Part shown: positions 12,251 to 25,558 of the stretch, piece by piece | Layout: every line of letters starts with the position of its first letter | Numbering within the stretch: the stretch's first letter is position 1 | NCBI GenBank assembly: GCA_951406725.2 | Contig: OX597816.1 | Span: 114,886,001-114,950,000 of the forward strand | Direction: 5' to 3' | Length of the DNA: 64,000 nucleotides | Source: Octopus vulgaris | Taxonomy: Eukaryota | Made by a program: the position numbers and the translations under genes | Notes under the pieces: model-generated | Seen by the model: the letters and a program-made list of their open reading frames with translations, nothing else | Told to the model about the DNA's origin: nothing | The model's database searches: none

Positions 12251-13203
12251 ATTTTCTCAGGCTGATAGTGGCAGTTGTGGTGTTTGTGTAGATTTTAGTT
12301 ACCTTTAATCATATAAATTCATAACCCGCAGGGAACATGTTAACAGTTACAGACTACCTCCAAAATTTCAATACTTTACCTAGCCATTTTCAGGCTTTTA
12401 TGCCCAGTTTTCAAATTCTATGACTGTTCAACAGATTCTGCAATGAGATCAGCATTAAAAATTTTATAGATTAGCTTTTCGCAAGGTGGGTGCATGTCCC
12501 ACTAATGGCACACAGCAATATGTTGGTGATGTGTAATGCGGCAAGCTGGCGGAATTGTTAGCATGTTTTATCCACATGCTAAGTTATATTTATAACTTAA
12601 CCTTTAATATTTATAACTTAAGTTATATTTATAACTTAACCTTATGTACTTTCTAAAATCTCTTACGAAGCCTAGAGAAACACCCAAGTACCTCAATTTC
12701 ATCTACTAATTACTTCAGTCTACTTGAGTAATAAAGGTAGAATGAGGTATTTTTGCCACTTGGCTGAAACAGCTGTAACATATTATCCCAATTTCTATTT
12801 CTGTATGTTATATATTTTAATAATTACTGGTATCTTTATATATTTTATATATTATATATGTAAAGCATAATACATGTTATACATGTATGTATATTGTTAT
12901 AATTGTCCTTTTAGTAAATAAATAAATAAATTGACATAATATAATGTCTAAAAGTAGATGAATACCACCTATTGATCCCTTCCATTTTCTTATTGGCGTA
13001 TAAATTAATGGTAAAATAACTTTTTACCCTCACTCATTTATTACACTTGGTAATGTAATTGCCATGCAATGAAAAAAAAAACACTTCTGTATTAATAATT
13101 GGGTAATACCAGCAGTATATTGGATAGATATTATCCATTAGTTGGTTGAATTCACAACCTCTAACTTTCTTGGAATATGTGTATGTATACATATATATAT
13201 ATA

Positions 13204-13412
13204 CAGTTAATCCAAACATGAAAACACAAAGAAAAAACACAACACGAGGATGTGGAACAAGTATAGTATTATTGGACGCTCAGGAAAGGAAAGAAAGAAG
13301 GAGAATTTAATGTTTCGAGCAGAGCTCTCCATCAGAAACATAGGGAAAGGAAAGATCCAAGGAAGGGAAGATGGGGGGAAAAAAATCGCCAACGATACAC
13401 ATGCAGTCACAT

Positions 13413-13417
<5 letters not shown>
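13204..13417 (-). mobile_element. Penelope-like short repeat, family P1, with minimal hammerhead motif
   Basis: Homologous to 22511-22730 and 40836-41042; minus strand GTTT-CTGATGG-AGAGCTCTGCTC-GAAACATT-AAA; TA flanks. Confidence 0.7.
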
Positions 13418-13478
<61 letters not shown>

Positions 13479-13489
13479 TTTATATGCAC

Positions 13490-13540
<51 letters not shown>

Positions 13541-13633
13541 GTATATATATACGTGTATATATACAGATAGATAATGCATGTATATATATATGTATATATT
13601 TATGTATATGTTTATATATATGTACACACACAC

Positions 13634-13672
<39 letters not shown>

Positions 13673-14119
13673 CACATATAAATATATATCGATACATGCA
13701 CATGCACACACACACATACACACACACATGCACACACATATATATATGCATATACATATTCATATGCATATTCATATAAATATATACATTCACTAACATT
13801 TTATAGATATAAATAAGTATATATGTGTATATTTATATACACATATGTAAATATATGTACACGCACACACACACACAAATGTATATTCATATATATTTAC
13901 ATGCACCTACAAGTTTATATATATATATATATATATGTACATACAGTGATACGAATATCTAAATATATATACATGCACATGCAGTGCATGTAAGTGAATT
14001 CTTAAATTCATTTGACATAATTCGAATTTATGAAACAATGAAAAGAACAAAAGCAATGACTAAATATATATGAATTGCCAACAAAAATAAAACATAAATA
14101 CTTTTAGAAAAGTGAATGA

Positions 14120-14315
14120 AAAGTAAGATTTAAGAAAGAAAATTTCAGAGATGATTGTTGCAGGAAATTTTAGCAGAAATCTTCTAAAGTTTCTTTGTAG
14201 ATGGCGTCATACTTTGAATCCTGGTGATAATGGGCTTGAGACTGTCACGTAGATATATTTCTGGATTTTCTGAAATAGTGATTTGGAGGGGTATTTTTTG
14301 GTGACAGTGGTGGTG
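14120..14315 (-). pseudogene. Possible highly decayed Penelope ORF linker fragment
   Basis: Frameshifted reading PP..FRKSRN/LRDSL...PGF resembles the PLE linker; weak. Confidence 0.25.
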
Positions 14316-14476
14316 AGGTGGTGGGAATAGTTTGTTCTTTCTATATCAGTCTTAACATGTTCACACATCTTCAGACATTCTCTCTATGTAACAAACTATA
14401 CATATGTACACACATACTCACATACATACACATATAAATGTATATATATGTATATATATATATATATGTATATACA

Positions 14477-14546
<70 letters not shown>

Positions 14547-15208
14547 AATGTATATGTGTGTACATATATATGTGTATATATATATATGTGTATATATATG
14601 TGTGTGTGTGTGTCTATGTATATGTGTATATTTCAATGTATATTATACATGTAAGGCTATATTTAGGAAATTGAGAATTTTATTATTCATGGAATATGTA
14701 TTTTTATTTAAGGAATTGAAAGAACAATTCTTCACAGTTTGAGGAATTTTACTTTTAATTCACCAATTCTTTCAGCATTTGGCCATAAAACTCTGTCTCA
14801 GAAAAATGGTATGGAAAAGTAAACATACAACATTTATGCTAATGCATCAGTGCAGGCATGGCTGTGTGGTTAGAAGTTCACTTACTAACCATGTGGCTAT
14901 AGGTTCAGTTCCACTGCATGGCATTTTGGGCAAGTGTCTTCTACTGTAGCCTCAAATCAACCAAAGACTTGTGAGTGGATTTGATATAGGAGAAACTGAA
15001 AAGAGCTTGTTGTTTACATCTTAATCTTTTACTTCTTTCAGTTATTCGACTGTGACCATACTGGGGCACCACCTTGAAGCATGCGGAGTGGTTGGCCCTT
15101 CCTAATGCCAACCACATCATTTATTGTACTGAGTGATTTTAATGTGGTACCAGCACTAGTATCAATTCTGCTGTGACAAATGGGTCTTCTTGAGTACACC
15201 AATATATA

Positions 15209-15246
<38 letters not shown>

Positions 15247-16047
15247 AGTAGTTGAATGAATTATCTTATTAAGGATAATTCGAAAGATAACCGATACCTG
15301 GGTAGCAAATTCACATCATGAAGAACACGGTTGAAGCTATGTCTCTAGGGCATAGACTACTGAAAGAAGCCTGTCGTATATATGTATGTATATATGTATG
15401 TGTGTGTATATTTTTGTGTGTCTGTGTTTGTTCCCCCAACATCACTTGACAACCAATGCTGGTGTGTTTATGTCCCCATAACTTAGTGGTTCGGCAAAAG
15501 AGACTGATAGAATAAGTACTAGGCTTACATAGGATAAGTCCTGGGGTCGATGTGCTCGACTAAAGGCGGTGCTCCAGCATGGCCACAGTCAAATGATTGA
15601 AACAAGTAAAAGAGTAAAGAACATATATATATGTATATGAGAGTGAGAGAGAGAGATGAGAGAGAGAGAGAGAACGAGAGCGATCCACTTATTTGTTTTG
15701 AAATCGGTTTTTCCATGCTAGCAGAATGGATTAGATGAAAAGATTATTGAAGCACTATTTTACAGATGGATGCTTCTCCTGTCATTAATCCTTACCTATC
15801 TTCAAACACACTAATCCAGAAGATGATTTGTTGACAAGGAAATGATAGGCTCCTGCTTGTAGTTAATCAATTTTCAAGATGTACAAATGACATATACATA
15901 TCTACATATATATACATGCATATACACACAAATATATATAAAGGTATATACATACATGCATACACACACACACACGCATATATATGATCTTTTAATCTTT
16001 TATTCCTTTGTTTCAGTCATTTTGACTACAGCTATGCTGAAGCACTG

Positions 16048-16082
<35 letters not shown>

Positions 16083-16293
16083 TGTATGTATGGTTTCCAT
16101 CTTTCAGATTAACTCTTTACATACATTGTTTGACCTGGAGCTAAAATTGAAAACGCTTGTCCATGGGGCCGTGTGTGCTTTGGGACTGAACCTAAAACCA
16201 TGTGGTTGTCAAATGAACTTCTGAACTACATAGCAATGTCAGCACCTATACACACATACAGACAATGTATAAATATATATAAATATATATATA

Positions 16294-16342
<49 letters not shown>

Positions 16343-16400
16343 GTTGTATACTATCGCCCCTATACTATATATATGTGTGTGTGTATATACATATATATAT

Positions 16401-17464
16401 CATCATCGTCATCATCGTCGTTTAACGTCCGTTCTCCATGCTAGCATGGGTTGGACGGTTCGACCGGGGTTCTGGGAAGCCAGAAGGCTGCACCAGGCTC
16501 CATTCTAATCTGGCAATGTTTCTACAGCTGGATGCCCTTCCTAACGCCAACCACTCCGTGAGTGTAGTGGGTGCTTTTTACGTGCCACCTGCACAGGTGC
16601 CAGGCGGGGCTGGCAACGGCCACGGTCAGATTGGTGTATTTTATGTGCCACCGGCACGGAAGCCAGTCGAGGCGGTGCTGGCATCGGCCACGAGTCGGAT
16701 AGTGCTTTTTACGTACCACCAGACCAGGGATCCTGGCTGGTTCAATTCGATATCGATTTCGCTTGCCCCAACATGTCTTCACAAGCAAAGGGGGTTGGCA
16801 TGGGTGCCTGTCGTACGGTCGCATTGGAGTATTTTACGTGCCACGGCCACGAGTCGGATAGTGCCTTTTACGTACCACCAGACCAGGGATCCTGGCTGGT
16901 TCAATTCGATTTCGATTTCGCTTGCCCCAACATGTCTTCACAAGCAAAGGGGGTTGGCATGGGTGCCTGTCATACGGTCGCATTGGAGTATTTTACGTGC
17001 CACGGCCACGAGTCGGATAGTGCTTTTTACGTACCACCAGGCCAAGGATCCTGGCTGGTTCAATTCGGTTTCGATTTCGATTTCGCTTGCCCCAACATGT
17101 CTTCGCAAGCATGGGGGTTGGCATGGGTGTCTGTCGTCGGATGAGGTTCTATATCGACTTCGCTTGCCTCAACCGGTCTTTGTGTCCAATGGAGGAAAGG
17201 CATTCATAAGTGGGCTGGGCTCACTTGTCCTGCCTGGTCTTCTCACGTACAGAATATTTCCAAAGGTCTCGGTCTCTGGTCATTTCCTCAGTGAGGCCTA
17301 AAGTTCGAAGGTCGTGCTTCACCACCTCGTCCCAGGTTTTCCTGGGTCTACCTCTTCCACGGGTTCCCTCAACTGCTAGGGATTGGCACTTTCTCACACA
17401 CCTATCTTCATCCATTCTCGCCACATGACCATACCAGCGCAATCGTCTCTCTTGCACACCACAA

Positions 17465-17468
<4 letters not shown>
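16401..17468 (-). mobile_element. 5'-truncated RTE-clade LINE: ORF C-terminus plus 3' UTR with 159-bp tandem repeats and (GAT)n tail
   Basis: RRLRWYGHVARMDE..EGTRGRGRPRKTW..V..DL at 17221-17457; unit starts 16687, 16846, 17005; CpGs retained, so young. Confidence 0.92.
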
Positions 17469-17539
<71 letters not shown>

Positions 17540-17611
17540 TATATAGAATGGTTGTATACTATCGCCCCACCACCGTACATATCTCTATGAGATATTTAGA
17601 AATTTAATATT

Positions 17612-17653
<42 letters not shown>

Positions 17654-18011
17654 AATATATATCTAGATAGATAGATTTATAAATATACATACATATATCT
17701 ACATCCAAATATATGTATGTATACATACATACATACACACACACAAACACACACAGATATATGTATGCTTGTATATATGCATATATGCATAAATATATAT
17801 ATATATGTATGGCTCTGTGGTAACAGCGTTACTTCCCAACCACATGGTTCCAGGTTCAGTCTAACAGAACAAGTACCAGGCTTAAAAAATAAGTACTGGG
17901 GTTGATTCATTCAGCTAAAATTCTTAGGTGGTGCCCCAGCATGGACGCAATCTTATGACTGAAGCAGATAAAAGATAAAAGATATCTATCTGTCTATTTT
18001 TTCTATATCCG

Positions 18012-18084
<73 letters not shown>

Positions 18085-18155
18085 ACACATATATCTATAT
18101 CTATATATATGTATGTGTGTGTATATTTTTGTGTATCTGTGTTTGTCCCCCCAAC

Positions 18156-18232
<77 letters not shown>

Positions 18233-18246
18233 CCTACCTATCTATA

Positions 18247-18419
18247 GGCACAGGAGTGACTGTGTGGTAAGTAGCTTGCTTCCCAACCACATAGTTCCAG
18301 GTTCAGTCCCACTGCGTGGCACCTTGGGCAAGTGTCTTCTACTATAGCCTTGGGCCAACCAAAGCTTTGTGAGCGGATTTGGTAGATGGAAACTGAAAGA
18401 AGCCCATCGTATATATGTG

Positions 18420-18458
<39 letters not shown>

Positions 18459-18659
18459 TTGTGCTTGACCCCCAACATCGCGTGATAACCGATGTTGACG
18501 TGTTTACGTCCTTGTAACTTAGCAGTTCAACAAAAGAAACTGATAGAATAAGTACAAGGCTTACAAAGAATAAGTCCTGGGGGCGATTTGCTCGACTAAA
18601 AGCGGTGCTCCAGCATGGTCACAGTCAAATGACTGAAACAAGAAAAAGAGTAAAAGAGT
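18247..18659 (+). mobile_element. SINE family A, full length
   Basis: Complete head, internal microsatellite and (TAAAAGAG)n tail. Confidence 0.9.
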
Positions 18660-18707
18660 ATCTATCTATCTAGCTATCTATTTTTTCTATATCTTTATAT
18701 CTCTTTG

Positions 18708-18789
<82 letters not shown>

Positions 18790-19635
18790 AATGTATTATT
18801 ATTATATTATATTATATCATATTATGTTATATTATATGACATGAACACAACATATAAACATCAAAAAAACGTGGAGCACTTAGTATTTCGTAGATGCACC
18901 AATGCTGGTGCCATCAGCATCACTATCATTTGTCATATGCTCTCTTTATTTTTTTTCATCTCTCAAGCTTTTGTCATACCCTGCAAATTTTACCAACCAA
19001 AATTTAATAGCAGTGTGGGTCGGTTGGCATCGTTCTAAAATCAAGTTAGTGTATTTTTGCTGCATCCTGATATTTTAGAAATGCACTGACTGTCTTCGCC
19101 TCAGGCATAATTTAATTGCATTATATTAGTTTAACTACAAAGTGGAAATTAGAATTGCCGAAAGATGGATAAAGAACATAACTCTGGACTGACTTGTACA
19201 CATTTGTTCCTTCTTTGCATTTTTTTTTTTTTTGCTTTGTTTTGTACATATATATAATTTTTTTGCTTTTTGCTTTTTCTTTGAAATCTCAATGATTGGA
19301 CAGAAATTTGCTAGCTATTGTTATTGTTGTTGTTATTGCTGTTTATTTTTATATATATATATTTTAAAGGTGTTTATTGTTGTTCAGCTCGATGTTATGA
19401 CTGTTGTCTATGTTGTTGTCACTGCTGGTTTTGTATTTTTTTCCAAGGTTTTATTGTTCCTGCTACTATTGCTCATCTTGTTGGTAATCTTGTTGTTGCT
19501 TGTTATTGTTATTGATATATATTTTTTTATTGTATTTATTGTGGTTACTATTATTGCAGTTTTATGAGGATGTTTTTTGCTGCTGTCGTCATAGTTTGTA
19601 TTTCTTCTTCTAATTATTATTATTATTATTATTAC

Positions 19636-19718
<83 letters not shown>

Positions 19719-19719
19719 G

Positions 19720-19932
19720 TAAGGAAGCAAGCTGGCACATGTTAGCACACTAGACAAAATGCATAGTGGCATTTTGTCTCTTTACATTCTGAGTTCAAAT
19801 TCTGCTGAGGTTGACTTTGCGTTTCATCATTTCAAGGTTGATGAAATAATCACCAGTCAAATACTGGGTTCAATGGAATCGACTGGTTCCCTCTCCCCAA
19901 AATTTGAGGCCTTGTGCCAATTATAGAAAGAC
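19720..19932 (+). mobile_element. SINE family B within (TTA)n
   Basis: Match to the 6430-7232 units. Confidence 0.8.
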
Positions 19933-19954
19933 TTATTATCATTATTATTATTGA

Positions 19955-20012
<58 letters not shown>

Positions 20013-20469
20013 GAGTGAGAGAGCAGTACACACCATGAAAGTGACACTCCGGTACAAATATATTCAACACTGGAGTACAAAACGATTCAACACCTACTGT
20101 CAAGCAGTGATGAAGGACAAACATAACACAAAGACACACACACACACACACAAATAGACACACACTCAATTGAATATATATATGTGTGTGTGTGTATGTA
20201 TATATATATATACATATACATTCATAATACATACCTATATATACATACACACACACACATATATGTATGTATATATATATATGTATGTATATATGTATGC
20301 ATGCATGTATATATGTATGTATGTATATATGTATGTATATATGTATGCATGCATGCATGCATACATGTATGTATGTATGTATGTATGTATGTATGTATGT
20401 ATGTATGTATGTATGTATGTATGTATGTATGTATGTATGTATGTATGTTTGTTTGTTTGTTTGTATAAC

Positions 20470-20632
20470 TTAAAATTGAACTGCTCTCTTCAAAACTTGC
20501 ACTAAGAATGAATACAAAGTAAAATTACTAACTGCTTTTATAGAAAGTTGATGCAAGGAATATATCTCAGCCCCCTCTGACTTTTAGTTCATGCAATTGA
20601 GAAAAAACGCATTATTTATGGGATGGCACAAT
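20470..20632 (-). mobile_element. Tc1/mariner terminal fragment
   Basis: Reverse complement of 21769-21880 (TATTGGGTCATCCCATAAATAATGCGGTTTTT); third copy at 52235-52398. Confidence 0.7.
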
Positions 20633-21128
20633 ATATACGTAACACTTATTATTAATATAAGCCAGGGTGTGTTGTGTTCCATTACTTAATAAATGAAAAT
20701 ATGTATTGTAAAAAAGGGTAAAAAAGTACAGTGTATACTGAGTATACAACTGGATGGGAGAGAGACACAGAAGTTCCCTAATTCTTCATCAGTTATCAAC
20801 CAAATGGTATTACTCAGTTTTACACCTTCAGTGATAAGACTGAGAACTTCCCATGCTGGTGGTGTTGCAAAAGTTGTGGAGAATATAGGACTGAAGGAAG
20901 ACTGGCCATGGATTACGTGTTACCAGCAGGCAGATATAAATAGGGATGAGAGCAAACAAAGTAATACAGAGTGGACATACGAAAGTGAATAAATGTAATT
21001 TATGACAACAGATGAAGATGAAGGCCCACCTTCTTTCTCTCCCTCTTTCACACTGATTGCATAGTTGACTGATTATGAATTTTGTGTCTCACTGACTAGC
21101 TATTTGTTGTTTTCTAATCCTTCAGGAT

Positions 21129-21389
21129 GTGGAGGCACATGGCTTAGTGGTTAGGGTGTCAGCATCATGATCATAAGATTGTGGTTTTGATTCTTGGACC
21201 GGTCAACATGTTGTGTTCTTGAGCAAAACACTTCATTTCACGTTGCTCCAGTCCACTCTGCTGGTAAAAATGAGTAGCGCTGCGATGGACTTGTGTCCTG
21301 TCCAGCTGGGGAACACATACACCATAGAAACTGGGAAACCGGGCCCATGAGCCTGGCTAGGCTTTAAAAGGGTGCATTTATTTTATTTT
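21129..21389 (+). mobile_element. tRNA-derived SINE with TSD
   Basis: Head GTGGAGGCACATGGCTTAGTGGTTAGG; TSD TAATCCTTCAGGATG / TAATCCTTCAAGATG; head and 3' part resemble 2261-2562. Confidence 0.85.
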
Positions 21390-21727
21390 TAATCCTTCAA
21401 GATGCCTTCTAAGTGTTACCCACCATTCTTGTCCTTTTGACCATTTTCTATCATCTTAGATTACATTTATTCACTTTCATATGTCCATTCTGTATTGTTT
21501 TGTTTGCTCTTGGCCCTACATTCCCCACAACTTTTATGGGCACTGCCAGCATGGGAAGTTCTCAGTCTTATGATTGAAGGTGCAAATTCGGGTAGTATCA
21601 TTTGGTTGATAACTGATAAAGAATTAGGGACCTTATGTGTCTGTCTCCTGTTCAGTTGTACACTCAGTATACGTTGTACATCTTTTACTGTCGTTGTTTA
21701 TTTATAATACATTTTTCATTTATTATT

Positions 21728-21768
<41 letters not shown>

Positions 21769-21773
<5 letters not shown>

Positions 21774-21900
21774 GTCATCCCATAAATAATGCGGTTTTTC
21801 AGTTGCATGAATTAAAAGTTGGAAGTGGATGGGATAAACTACCTGCATCAATTTGTTATAAAAGTGAAGTATATCAACAGTTCAAAAAAGAAAGCAGTGA
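21769..21900 (+). mobile_element. Tc1/mariner terminal fragment
   Basis: Starts in a TA tract with a mariner-like TIR; three copies in window. Confidence 0.7.
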
Positions 21901-22510
21901 ACTTAGGCTTTTATTTGCTTGGAAACTTTTGAAACACACGTCTTCGTAACTGACAAAACGGATGGTAAGAGACGATAAATGCATCTGTACAGTATTTCTA
22001 GTCTTTGTTTCCTATTTATGATATACAAAATTTAATTTATACTTTATTCAGCAAAATACAAATATACACTATTAATATCCAACACAAGTCCACATACTCA
22101 AAAGAAGAGTCTACATATTTAAACAAATGAACCAATATATCCACCTGATTAATATTGAATTCACTCATTTTTACATTTAATATTCTCATAACACTTTATT
22201 ATTATTTAAATGCACAAAGTGAGATGAAACAGGTTCAAATTCTATGGCTATTTTAGGAAATCAAATGGCTCTATCTGAGAACTATAAAATACATCAGAAG
22301 GCCTTTCTACAATCTACATAATTTCATAAAATCACAACAAAAAGTAGGTAATAATTTTACCATGACTTTATTCTTTGTGCAAGTTTTGAAAAGTGCAGTT
22401 TGATTTTAACAGTTATTTTTTCAAAGCTATAATGGAAGCGACAAAGAAGCACCACGGATATCATTTTGGTTTATATACATATATATAAATTTAAATATAT
22501 ATATATATAT

Positions 22511-22730
22511 AAAGTTAATCCAAACAAGAAAACACAGAAAAAAAGAGAAAAAAAACACAGCAACGCAGGACGTGGAACAATTAAAGTATTATTGATGCTC
22601 AGGAAAGAAGGGAAGGAGGGTTTAACGTTTCGAGCAGAGCTCTTCGTCGGAAACAAGGAGAAGGAAAGATCCCAAGAAGGGAAGACAGAGGAAAAAATAT
22701 TTGAGCTGGTGGTGCTCAAGAGATCACATA
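22511..22730 (-). mobile_element. Penelope-like short repeat family P1 with hammerhead motif
   Basis: Minus strand GTTT-CCGACGA-AGAGCTCTGCTC-GAAACGTT-AAAC at ~22620-22654. Confidence 0.7.
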
Positions 22731-22753
22731 TATATGTGTGTGTGTTTTAAAGG

Positions 22754-22879
22754 TGCAAAAACTCCACAAAATATTGCTACTCAGAGTTCCTGTTTGTTGA
22801 GCAGTTGTGATCAAGAATCCCAACTGCCTTATGAATGGCTCATGAAACTCTGAGTAACAGTTTTTTGTGATATTTTGCA
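22754..22879. repeat. Inverted repeat of two degenerate hammerhead-like units
   Basis: TGCAAAA..CACAAAA..TACTCAGAGTT / AACTCTGAGTAAC..TTTTGTG..TTTTGCA; plus strand AACTGC-CTTATGA-ATGGCTCAT-GAAACTCTGAGTA-ACAGTT. Confidence 0.65.
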
Positions 22880-22973
22880 ATGTTTTTGTAGCTTTAATAA
22901 TAAAGCAATCTACTCTACCTCCGGTGTTTTAGTACTATTTTACCCACCTTGTTTCACATGTATGTACTTACTC

Positions 22974-23018
<45 letters not shown>

Positions 23019-23049
23019 GATAAGGATAACTATAATTATATATAATATA

Positions 23050-23384
23050 TGCCCCATAGGACAAGATACTGTGATAGCCTGGGCTTCCGTGGCCCACAGC
23101 TCTTCAATATCCTCCCGAAGAACCTGAGAGACCTGCATGGGGTGGATGCAGATGTCTTTAAAATGGAACTGGATCTCTTCCTTTCAGGTGTCCCAGATGA
23201 ACCAACTTCACGGCAGGAGGTGCAGATGAGGGCAGCTGCATCGAACTCTCTCATGCACCAAATGGCAGTTGCTAAAAAGCTTTCGTGAAGTAAAACCAAG
23301 TAGCAACACCAAATGGCGGTGCCCCAGCATGGCCACAGCTCATGAGCTGAAACTAGAATCAATCAATCAATCAATCAATCAATC
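23050..23384 (+). mobile_element. 5'-truncated CR1-group LINE 3' end with (AATC)n tail
   Basis: SLGFRGPQLFNILPKNLR..VFKMELDLFLSGVPDEP..RAAASNSL, stop at 23288, short UTR, (AATC)n tail. Confidence 0.8.
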
Positions 23385-24124
23385 ATAACTGGGAACTGAA
23401 CACGACATCAATGCTTGCATAGCCCCATATGCACCCAGTTCAGCCAAACAGCCCACCCATCAATTTCAGCCAATTTTAATGTATAAATAATTTTTGTCTG
23501 GTATATATATTTATAAATTAGTAAATTTGTACAGAGCCATGTAAATGGTCATGACTTCTGGGACTTGACTGATGAAAGACAGCCAAGAATGTCTTTTTTT
23601 TTGCCTGTCCTTCTTATTGTTGTTTCTCTTGTCTGCCTATCTGTCCAAACGTTTTAATACTCCCTATTGCGTCTTTGTTCCATTTTTATATATATGTATA
23701 CCCTTGTGCTCACCTTATAAAAGGTATGTATCTTAATTTTGTATGACTCTTACTCTTACTCACCTAAGTCATCATCAGTATTTGAATTCATGTAGCTTTA
23801 TATAGTCACTGTTAAGTTAAAAGTTACATATACTTTTAAGTTATAAATTGTATATACATATACCATAGGCTTGTTTCAATTTCTGTCCACCAAATTCACT
23901 AGGTCTTGGTCAACCTGGAGTTACAAAAACACCTTCCCAAGGATTGCTTCTCAACTACACAGCCAAGTAAAATCACACTAGTATGAATGTATTTCAATGA
24001 CAAAAAAATTTTTTTAATCAAGAATTTGACTGCATTTAATGAAATAACATTTGCAGTAATTTTTGTATGAAAACCGTGTCTAGATTACACCTTAACAAAA
24101 TTACAGTGGAAAATCTTAAACTTA

Positions 24125-24568
24125 AGAAACAGTGATTAGATAAATAAAAAAGAGGTCACAATGTAGACCTTGATATACAAAACTGATAGGATGGGCACAG
24201 CAGGAATACTGTTGATAAAAACTTTGCTCAATCAGGATTGATCTACAGATCAGCAATAACAAGTGAGAGTCCCAGAAACCAATTAAATAAAAAAAAAGGA
24301 AACACAATGTAGTCTTTAATATACAAAATATGATAGGATGGACACAGCTGGAGCACTTTTGATAAAAACTTAGCTCAATGAGGACTGATTTTTAGTTCAA
24401 CACTAACAAGTGAGAATTCCCAAAACTGATTAAATAAAGAAGGGGCACAATACAGCCCTTGATATACAAAATATGATAGGATTGTCATAGCTGGAGCACT
24501 TTCAATAAAAACTCTGTTCAATCAGGACCGATTTAAAGTTGAAGAATAACAAGCGAGAATCCCAGAAA
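24125..24568. repeat. Diverged tandem repeat, about 145 bp x 3
   Basis: CACAAT(G/A) unit marker at 24157, 24303, 24446. Confidence 0.9.
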
Positions 24569-25068
24569 ATATTTCATGGCACTAACATAAATAGTATTCT
24601 GATTCCAAGAATTCTGACAACTCCTTGAACTCCACCTCATATATCCACCACTGTTTTCTGGAAGAAAGCAAACATATTAGCATAGGCTTAAATATGATGG
24701 TCCTTCTTTTCTGCACCCTCTCTCTCACCATATGAGACCATTCTTATTTTCTTGAAGGTTCTAATCAAACCAGAGAAAGACATTTGTTAGGGAAAAATCT
24801 GTGCAAGACATGTCATAAATCCTTGTATGTAAAACTCTGTTGACTAAAGGAAGTTTTTGGTATTTGTCATATTCCTCATTTTCGGTAGAAATAACTCTCT
24901 AGTTACTAATACTAGATCAAAACAAAAACAAAAACAAAAGCAAACAAATATACACATGTGTGTTTATGTGCATTGTATGTGTGTCTGTTTTTGTGTATAT
25001 ATATATACATTTATATATGTGATATATATTTGTGTGTGTGTATATATATATAAGCACATATACTTATA

Positions 25069-25110
<42 letters not shown>

Positions 25111-25158
25111 TAGAGAGAGGTATATATATATGTATATATATGTATGTGTAAATATATA

Positions 25159-25205
<47 letters not shown>

Positions 25206-25523
25206 ATATATATATGCACATACATGCATATATATATGTATATGTATGTACGAGTATATATGTAGAGAGAAAGATGTAGAGGTGGAGTAGATGAATCATC
25301 AGTGACAAATCAACTTTAACGACATAAAAAAAACACATACACACACAAACACTGTATCACTCTCACCAGTTTGTTAGCAGTAAACAAATAGTTCAGTGCC
25401 AATTGTATTAACCTATTTGTATTGCTTTGTTTCTTTCTCCTTTATTTTATTTTCATTTTTCATTATATTTCTTTGTTTTCTCCCATTTTCTCATAGGTTT
25501 GCTTTTGCCTTTCTTTCCTTCCT

Positions 25524-25558
<35 letters not shown>

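Noticed and set aside
16687-17140. Regular repeats as CRISPR-like arrays (also 24125-24568, 56231-56810)
   Set aside because: Whole units repeat, no unique spacers, eukaryotic context
16438-17301. 287-aa plus-strand ORF with repeats
   Set aside because: Antisense of the RTE 3' UTR array
18878-18981. Minus-strand exon YDKSLRDEKK*REHMTNDSDADGTSIGASTKY
   Set aside because: Weak acceptor and in-frame TAA
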